From: Rebecca billardiae RCC1528
Lineage: Eukaryota; Protista; Haptophyta
NCBI GenBank assembly: GCA_965240325.2
Contig: OZ251222.1
Location: 2,108,001 to 2,172,000 of the forward strand
Reading direction: 5' to 3'
DNA length: 64,000 nt
Shown in pieces: positions 56,777 to 64,000 of this stretch; position 1 is the first letter of the stretch, and the number at the start of each line of letters is the position of its first letter. Made by a program: the position numbers and the translations under genes. A model generated the notes under the pieces. The model was not told the DNA's origin and ran no database searches. It worked only from the letters and a program-made list of their open reading frames with translations.

Positions 56777-59165
56777 TAGGGGGTCCATGACAGCAGCCCA
56801 CTGAATTGTGATTTTCGACAACCATGCGATTTAGGTGTCTGACGAGCGTGGCGCTTGCGGAGGCACCCACAAATATGTCCTGGAACCCAGCCCAGCCGTC
56901 AGAAGCACCCAAAACCGACTCCGCGCGTCGTCGCGCGGTCGTGCGCGCACGCCAGCTGCGCCACTGTGTCACATACAGATTCAGCCAAACGTCAACGACT
57001 TGTTATGGCGGCTAAATGACGGTATGTCGTCGGACTTACTTATTCATAACCGTTGCAACCCGCCCCAACAAAATTAAGGTGGACTTGCTAAATTTTAGTA
57101 GGCACGATGAGTGAGCGTAGAGGTCGGTGAAAAACTACTCCAAGATCGAGCATGTTACCCACTTAATTAGAGATATGTACCCGTATATATGCACTTACCT
57201 ACCCGTTTATTATAAAATGCGGGTGGGGTTTAAATATATATTCAGGGTGGTGTCAATATGGGGGTACCTTGTTCACTATTCGTGCTGGGTCATCCGAATA
57301 GGCCGCGCCGCCGCGCGGAGTGACGGCGGGCTCATGCCACCGTCAAACCGTCCCGCAGCAGGCCCGGACGAACCTGATGTGGGCGGCGGGCTGCGTGCCG
57401 AAGCACACTACCAAGCGCACCTCTGAGCATGCCACCATCCCCATAGTCGTGAAGGAGTCCTCCGCCATCGACGCTTGCGTGCGCAGACTAGCAGTCATCG
57501 CCGCCGCCGAGCTTGCCGCGGCCGTTCGGCGACTTCCGTGCCCGTGCTCTGTGTCACCGGCGTCGTCGCCGTTCGTCGTACCCCAGCCCACGCGAGGCCG
57601 TCACCGGTCCACCGGTACTGCGGTGGACTGCGCGCGCTTCGCCGCGCGCTCGCCCTCGAGCTCCGCCGCTCTCCTCTCGCGCTCGAACTGGACGCAGTCG
57701 GCAGCCATGGCAGCCCGCTCGGCCGCAGCGCGATCTGTGCCCCTCCGCGCGCTGCGCTCGGTTGCGTCGGCGCGCAAGCTGGCGCGCGCAGCGTCGGCGA
57801 CGGCGCGCGCGGTCGCCTTGCGCGATGAGTCCAGCTCCACCTGCTGCTCCGTCAGGCGCACCTGCTGCTCCAAGATGACCGCGTGCTCAGCAGGAGTCAC
57901 GCGCTGCTCGTGCAGCGGCACCTGCACGCGGCCTGCTGCGGACGCGCGCGGCGCGCCGGCGTCGGGGGGCGAGTAGAGGTCGCGGAAGGGGCAGCTGTCG
58001 TCGCCGGCGCCCAGCGACGTGTCGTCGGCATCCAGCTCCGCCTTCCTCTCCGCCGCCGACGCGCCCTGCTTCCGGCTCAGGATGCGCTCCATGTCCTTGT
58101 TCTTGCCCTTCCACCACCTGTGCACGGTCATCAGCCAGATGCCGATCACCTCCAGCAGCGGCGAGTCGTGGCGCGCCGAGATGCCGAGCGCATCCGCGCA
58201 GACGAGCGCGAGCGCATTGGGCTTCTTCGTCCCACCGTCGCGCGCGGTCTGGGCGCACGCCGGGGTGAACACTCTGACCAACGGCTTGTGCTTCTTCAAG
58301 TTCTCGAGCATGAGGTCCATGAGCGTACGGAGGAGGTCGAGGAGCATGAAGTTGAGCACCGATGCGTACCGCGGGCGAAAGCCGGCCACGGGCCGACCGG
58401 CCAAGGGCTGCAGCACGTGGATGGCGCGCGCCGCCACCGCCGTCTCCTCGCGCGCTGACGTTGACGTCAGGCCGTAGCTCGGGCCTGCACGGTTGCACAC
58501 AGCCGAGGCCGTCCGCGGAGGAGGCGAGCCCCTCGGCGGTGCCAGCGGGGACCTCGGGCGGGTTGCACACATCCATGGGCACGCGTGCATCATCATCTGC
58601 CGCGCCCTGGACCTCGTCATGCCCGGCACAGCGGTCCGCAAGTTGGTCGGCGGTAGCTGGCCCTTGCGGCAGAGGCGTCGCGGGCACGTCCGAGGGCGAG
58701 AAGGCAGCGTCGGGTGGGGAAGGAGACAGCGTCGAGTCGTTGCCGATGCCTATCCCACCGCGTTGCGCATGTTCGTCTCCGCGTTGCTCGCCTGTACGTG
58801 CTCCTAGGACGCGCTCCTTGGTCGCGGGCAGCACACGTTGAGCACGCAGATTCAAATCATGAAGCACGAGCGTCGACCGGCCAGCGACTCCCAGCGAGAG
58901 CCCGGTCCACACGAAGCATGGCTACCTGTCCGCAGCCGCCCAGCCGCTCGGCGAGGCGCCTGCGCCGAGGTGGGCGCGCCCAACGGCGAGCGGACGGCCG
59001 TCGACGAGGGCCATCAGCCTCGCCGACCCCGTTCAGAGCTCCGCTCCCGCGCCGGGGCCAGCCGAGCGCGGATTTGGAATCTGCCGATCGCGAAAACACG
59101 CCGAACAAGTTCTGAAAAGGAAAAGAAAAGAAATCAAAAATCAATTTAATCTGATGGACCCCCTA
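56777..59165. mobile_element. ~2.4-kb TIR DNA transposon with 7-bp TSD
   Basis: Perfect 12-bp TIR TAGGGGGTCCAT (56777-56788) / ATGGACCCCCTA (59154-59165), flanked on both sides by TTATGAA, with AT-rich sub-terminal regions. Confidence 0.8.
57601..58912 (-). CDS. Hypothetical ORF(s) carried inside the TIR element
   Basis: Protein-like segment (YASVLNFMLLDLLRTLMDLMLENLKKHKPLVRVF...EVIGIWLMTVHRWWKGK..) followed by a coiled coil. The 5' part is in another frame (intron or frameshift near 58490). No transposase motif seen. Confidence 0.5.
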
Positions 59166-59373
59166 TTATGAATATGATGTCCAGCAGTTAATAGTTATAC
59201 CACCGCCGCGGGGTAATAAGCGCGCTGCTATATATATATATATCGATGAATAATAACGACGAACAGTACGACGATCGACCGCTGCTGCTAACAATGACGA
59301 AGCCTATACGTCGTCCTCAATCATCGACATCGTATAGCCTGCAGTGCCCTGCTCTGCTGGCATCATCACCTAA

Positions 59374-60735
59374 TCATGACGACTGCAGCGGCGACGCCAG
59401 ATTCGTCGCCGCTGCCCGGTGCTGGGAGTAGCGGATGGGCTCGAGAGAGCCGAGCTCGGGGTCGTACCACGAGTCGAGCACGGGGGGCGGGCCGGCGCCC
59501 ACGTCCATCTCGCCGCGCACGTGCACGTGGTCGCCGCCGTCGTCGAGCGCGACGCACACGCGCAGCGGCCCGTCCGGCAGCGGGCCAAACTCGTACACCT
59601 GCAGCCCGTTGAGGAACCAGCGCGCGACGCGCGCGCGGAAGTCGAGGCGCACGCCCACGCGGTCGCCCGCCTGGTACCGCGGCACCAGCCCCCGCGAGAC
59701 GTGCGCGCCGCCCGCCCACACGCCCTCGATCGCGCTGCCGTCCGAGTAGAGGTAGCCGCTCGGCTCGTGCACGGTGAAGCGCTCGCGTCGGAGGAGCTGC
59801 TGCGCGTCGGTGGTGAAGCCGATGCGCATCTCGTCGCCCATCTGGACGATCTCGACGGTGAGCGTCACGTGCTCGTCGCCCTCGCCCTCCCCGAACGTGC
59901 CCGACGAGAAGCACCACGAGATGTCCGGCGCGGAGGAGCGCTTGACGACCGAGTCGCCCGCGCCGCCGCCGCACGCGCACGCGTACTGCAGCTCGTGCGG
60001 GCAGACGGACGTGTCCACGCGCGTGCGCTCGAGGCGGCGCGTATACGCGGCGCGCCCGCCGGACGGACGGATGCCCGCGCGCTCGCACGCGCGGGTCCAC
60101 GCCACGTCGGAGCCGGCCACCGCCGACCAATGGCGGTTGACGCGCATGGCTGCGCACAGCGCACGCGCCGGCAGGCACAGGCACATCGCCGCGAGCGCGG
60201 GCTCGGGGAGCGCGCCCCAATCGCACGAAACGTCGAGGACAAGCGGCGGCCCTTCCAGAATGGCGATGGCGCGCTGCACGTCCGCGTCGGACAGCCCGTG
60301 CGCGCGGTCGACGTGCACAAAGTGCGCCGCAAGCGGCCCGAGGCCGGCGCTCGCGCGGTCGTCGAGAACGACCACGGCGCGTCCGCGGCCGCTCGCGCCA
60401 CCGTTGCAGCGGAGCCACGCGCAGATCTCCTCGGAGCGCGACGCGAACGTAGGCTCGTCGGGCCCCACGGCTGAGGACGCCTTGCCCGGCGTGCGCCCGA
60501 TCACGGGCGCGCGCACATCGTACCGCGAGAGCACATACGCGATGTATGATTCAAACTCGCGCCAGAAGGTGGAGAGCACGAGCTGCGCGCCGGTCGCGCG
60601 CGTGAGGGTGCGCAGGCGCACGACGAGGTCGTCGTCGACGCGGATGTGGGTGGCGAACTTGGTCCGGTTCAGCACGCCGTCCACATCCAGGAAGATGATC
60701 GGTCGTGCACCGTCTTCCTCATCGGACACGGCCAT
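59374..60735 (-). CDS. HAD (Swiss-Army-Knife type) + F-box + SPRY domain protein
   Basis: IIFLDVDGVLN / LVLSTFWR / RSEEICAWL / VVVLDD / GLSDADV (HAD_SAK_2); WGALPEPALAAMCLCLPARALCAAMRVNRHW (F-box); GDRVGVRLDF..WFLNG (SPRY). Confidence 0.85.
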   Translation of the reverse strand: MAVSDEEDGARPIIFLDVDGVLNRTKFATHIRVDDDLVVRLRTLTRATGAQLVLSTFWREFESYIAYVLSRYDVRAPVIGRTPGKASSAVGPDEPTFASRSEEICAWLRCNGGASGRGRAVVVLDDRASAGLGPLAAHFVHVDRAHGLSDADVQRAIAILEGPPLVLDVSCDWGALPEPALAAMCLCLPARALCAAMRVNRHWSAVAGSDVAWTRACERAGIRPSGGRAAYTRRLERTRVDTSVCPHELQYACACGGGAGDSVVKRSSAPDISWCFSSGTFGEGEGDEHVTLTVEIVQMGDEMRIGFTTDAQQLLRRERFTVHEPSGYLYSDGSAIEGVWAGGAHVSRGLVPRYQAGDRVGVRLDFRARVARWFLNGLQVYEFGPLPDGPLRVCVALDDGGDHVHVRGEMDVGAGPPPVLDSWYDPELGSLEPIRYSQHRAAATNLASPLQSS

Positions 60736-60895
60736 GGCTTCGGGACCGGGTGCCTACGGGGTCCGGTCGCTCGGTACCCGTAGGCACCAGGGCTCGTCTC
60801 TTCGTCGATCCGGAAAAAGCTGTTGGCTTTGCGGTCTCCTCAATTCGTGGGACGCCTTCCTTCCAGTCGGCACGGCAGGCTGGGGGCTCGGCGCC

Positions 60896-61435
60896 ATGCT
60901 CGGCCCACGAGACTGGCCTCACGCCTGGCCGCCGTCGCCGCGCACACGCGCGGAGCGGCCCAGCACTCCATCTGGCCCATTTGAGGCCTACGACTCGCCA
61001 CCGCCTACGGCGAAGCGAGTCAGCCCGAGGTTCAGCTCGCCGCCCTTGCGCAGCGCCGACCTCTACGAGTACGACGTGCGCTTCGATCGCGACTCGCCGC
61101 ACCATCCGCGCTCGCGCGAGCTGCTGCTCAACAGCATCAGCCCGCCACACTTGGCCTCGCCGCGCGCTACCGTGGTCGAACGACCGAGCCAATACTTCTC
61201 CACGTCGGCAAGCACGAACAGCCCGGTGTACGATGAGCGGCCATCGACATACCTCGCAGTGCACATGCACCTCACAGGGCAGGTTCATGCGTCAGAGCAG
61301 GAAATATTGCGCGCCAAGCCGCACACAGCGCGGCTACACTACGCCAAGTCGCGAGCATCGTCGTCGCGCTCGGAATGGCTGCTTGACGGCGGGCACTACC
61401 TCGCACGCTCCAGCGGTGATTCGACCCCGCGTTGA
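60896..61435 (+). CDS. Hypothetical Ser/Pro-rich protein
   Basis: 179-aa ORF head-to-head with the HAD gene, with plausible codon use. No domain recognised. Confidence 0.55.
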   Translation: MLGPRDWPHAWPPSPRTRAERPSTPSGPFEAYDSPPPTAKRVSPRFSSPPLRSADLYEYDVRFDRDSPHHPRSRELLLNSISPPHLASPRATVVERPSQYFSTSASTNSPVYDERPSTYLAVHMHLTGQVHASEQEILRAKPHTARLHYAKSRASSSRSEWLLDGGHYLARSSGDSTPR

Positions 61436-61653
61436 ACTGACTGACAGAATTTCAGAGTGACATCAGCGGTCAGAGTCACGGTCCCGTGTCACGGCGACAC
61501 TTATTCTGCATCGCACCACGTACGGTAACGACGCCATTGTCACCAGTCGTGAGTTTACGTGCACACCTCGCCGTCGTACAGTAACTACGGTTATCAGAGA
61601 CGACTTATAGGATTAGAGTGAAGTCTGTTCTGTCGACCGCTCGGCCTCGGGAT

Positions 61654-61817
61654 GCCACCCGTCCCAGAAAGCCTCTGAGCCCGTCTTCGGCTCAGCGGGC
61701 TCAAAAACTTCGCAGCGAGGTTTTTGAGCTCAGTGACTATGAAATGGACTGGCAACGAATAGCTGCGGGTATTTTTCAATACCAGGGGCCTTGATGTAGG
61801 GGGCTGGGACGGGTGGC
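61654..61817. mobile_element. Intact ~165-bp MITE
   Basis: TIR GCCACCCGTCCCAG..CTGGGACGGGTGGC and internal hairpin GCTCAAAAACTTCGC-A-GCGAGGTTTTTGAGC. A second copy lies at 45385-46665. Confidence 0.85.
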
Positions 61818-61834
61818 ATGACAGTTTTTTTTTT

Positions 61835-61998
61835 AAAATTCCCCTTTATAATGGGCTCCGGGTGATCAGACTGGCGGCCGAAGCCTCCAGCCCTACCCTG
61901 GCCAGCCCCCAACCAACCACCACCCTCACCCAACCTCAAACCACTGACCGATACACCAAGTGCCTTGACACCACTCCGCTGACAGTGTGACGTGGACG
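61835..61998. repeat. Dispersed repeat, compact copy of 29287-29580
   Basis: Collinear shared blocks with 29287-29580. Confidence 0.85.
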
Positions 61999-62098
61999 TG
62001 AGCTGCGACCGGCCCTGAGAACGATTATAGCAGACGATGCAAACTAGATCATCGCCATCGGCCATCGTAAATCGTTCTCAAAGCAGACTCAACAAGCG

Positions 62099-63241
62099 AT
62101 GGCGCCCGGCGGCCCGCCCGACGCATCAGCCCGGGTGCATGTCCTCTACGTGGAGCGCGCCGAAGACCAGCGTGGACCAAGCGGCGCTCGCTCGGCTGGC
62201 GTGCACCTCGGTGTCCCTGGCCGAGGCCCGTGCATCTGCGACGCGTGCGAAGGGGTCGCCGAAGTGTGGCGCGGCCGGCTCGACAATCTGCAGACGACGC
62301 TGCGGATGTGCTGCGCGGAGGGCTCACTCTTCCGGCCTGAAGTGATGCAATTCGCGTGCGCGTCGCCGCGCGCGGGTCTTTTGTATGACATCCCTCGGCT
62401 CGCGACGTGGATGAGCGCGCGCGGCTCGAAGAGGCCGACGGAGGCCCTGGTGATCGGGAGCGCGCTGCGTGTGGCGCGAGGTGAGCTCGAGCCGGGCGCG
62501 TGCGGGATCTCGCACTCGCCGTTCGAGGCGTCGGACGACGGCGAGAGCGAGGGGATGTGGGCGTGGATCGCCCAGTTCGCGGCGGGCGTGCGCGCTCGCG
62601 CGCGCGAGTCCGGCGGCGTGGCCGTCTCCCTCGTGCTCGACAAGAAGGGCGAGGTGCTCGCGCCCTCGCACACCGCGGGCGTGCTCTCGGGCGCGCTCGC
62701 TGCGAGGAGCGCGCCAATGCCCACCGACCTCGTACTGGTGATCGGCGGGCCCTCGGGCGTGCCACGCGCCTGGAGCGAGCGGCTGGCGTCCGCGCTGGGC
62801 AAGCCGCTCCTCGCCGTGGCGCTGCGCGGCGGGCTGCAGCACTCGTATGCAGCGCTGCTCGACATGCTGCTCATGCACGAGCGCGGCGAGCTCCTGCCCC
62901 TCGTGCGCGACCGGCTTGCGTGCCCGGCCGAGCGGCGCAAGCGGTGGCGCCAAGCCGAGCATGAGCTGCGGCGCGCGTGGCTGGCGTGCCTGACGGGCGG
63001 CGAGGCGCACGCGCGGGAGGGCGATGCGCTCGATGCGGCGATCCGCTCGCACGAGGCGTGCATCGAAGCGCTCAAGCGACTCGCGCCCGCGGGGGCGGGG
63101 CGGGGACAAGCAGCGTCGGTGCCAGCTGTGGCCGAACGCGGGGCGAGCGTCAGCGGGTCGGCCTCCGCCCCGCGCCAGAAACGGCGCCGCGGCGATGGCA
63201 ACGACGGCAAACGTCAGCGCCGCCGCCCCGCGGCGACCTGA
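62099..63241 (+). CDS. SPOUT-class methyltransferase, TrmY-like
   Basis: GRLDNL, RPTE, VLDKKG, LVLVIGGPSG and VALRGGLQHS parallel the TrmY motifs (GRLD, PDE, LxExG, FVLGDHxG, ISLG..LHA). Basic NLS-like C-terminus. Confidence 0.65.
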   Translation: MAPGGPPDASARVHVLYVERAEDQRGPSGARSAGVHLGVPGRGPCICDACEGVAEVWRGRLDNLQTTLRMCCAEGSLFRPEVMQFACASPRAGLLYDIPRLATWMSARGSKRPTEALVIGSALRVARGELEPGACGISHSPFEASDDGESEGMWAWIAQFAAGVRARARESGGVAVSLVLDKKGEVLAPSHTAGVLSGALAARSAPMPTDLVLVIGGPSGVPRAWSERLASALGKPLLAVALRGGLQHSYAALLDMLLMHERGELLPLVRDRLACPAERRKRWRQAEHELRRAWLACLTGGEAHAREGDALDAAIRSHEACIEALKRLAPAGAGRGQAASVPAVAERGASVSGSASAPRQKRRRGDGNDGKRQRRRPAAT

Positions 63242-63597
63242 CTGATGATGGGGGCCCCACGACTGCCAATTCGCCATGCATCGCACGGGCGCCGCCGACC
63301 GAGAGGACTGAGGACGGGAGGTTGCGCGTTACTAAGACGACTGAAGACTCGTCCGAGGAGGCGATCGGCGGCTCGGGCTCGCCTTTCCGTGGCGTCCGTC
63401 GGTGGACGGGTGGTCCCCGCTCATCGGCTCGGGTAACCGAAGAAAAAACGACCGTCCGCGCCATTCCGACCGTCATCTCACGTTCTCATCATTTCGCGAA
63501 TAAGTAAAAGTTACCCGCATACTACTAGGCCCGTCCCAAATCTGCTCGTGGCGAAGGGGCGGGCGCTGTCGGACGTGCCCGCCGCCGGCGCGTTGCG

Positions 63598-63727
63598 ATG
63601 CGCGCCATGCACCTCGCGCTCACCCTGGCGGTGCTGGCGGTGCTGGCGGTGGCCGGTGCCGATCAGCCGATCGGCCGCTACTCCCATTGCTCGGTCCTTC
63701 TCGGGGACAAGGTGTACACATTTGGAG
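63598..63727 (+). CDS. First exon of a secreted Kelch-repeat protein (continues beyond the window)
   Basis: Manual translation MRAMHLALTLAVLAVLAVAGADQPIGRYSHCSVLLGDKVYTFG(G) gives a signal peptide plus a Kelch motif, followed by a GTGTG donor at 63728. Confidence 0.75.
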
Positions 63728-64000
63728 GTGTGCGGCGAGCGCGGCGCGAGGGCCGCGCCTGTGGGCGCCGAGATGTGCAGGGCGCGCGTGCGCGCCGTGC
63801 GCGCCGAGTTCGCGCGTTCTCTCAACCTGATTCCGCCCGTACCTTTGGACCCTGCCTGCCGTGCGCGGCGCAGGCCGTGGCTTTGCCGAGGAGGACTCCA
63901 AGCGCACGCTCATCCTCTTTGAGTGCGCGCTCGCCCATGCGAGTACCGCCGCGGCGGCGCGAGTGCGTACGGGCCAGAGCCCACGTTCCCGGATGGGCTC

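Overview
Eukaryotic nuclear DNA, not prokaryotic. It is gene-dense and very GC-rich, with short GT-AG spliceosomal introns, compact head-to-head gene pairs and signal-peptide plus transit-peptide leaders. This fits an alga with a secondary red plastid, probably a haptophyte such as Pavlovales (inference only). Recognisable genes: DUF1995/LPA3-like protein, Slo/BK-type K+ channel, CNNM/CorC Mg transporter (cut by a 100-N gap), ataxin-10, a polyQ heat-shock factor, TRM13, NAC-alpha, Rab28, FANCD2, a membrane DnaJ protein, FAD-dependent glycerol-3-phosphate dehydrogenase, GNAT acetyltransferases, ShK-prolyl 4-hydroxylase, MnmG/MTO1, a HAD-F-box-SPRY fusion, a TrmY-like SPOUT methyltransferase and a Kelch protein. 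There are also two probable pseudogenes (UBA/RBR and ATP-grasp). Intergenic DNA holds several non-autonomous TIR transposons, one with its empty target site elsewhere in the window, and a CRE/R2-type retroelement remnant. The least explained signals are (i) a pervasive process that fills gene 3'/intergenic DNA with short tandem and inverted micro-insertions, visible when repeat copies within the window are aligned, and (ii) a ~500-nt low-GC, highly self-complementary island between HSF and TRM13 that looks like an unannotated structured RNA.
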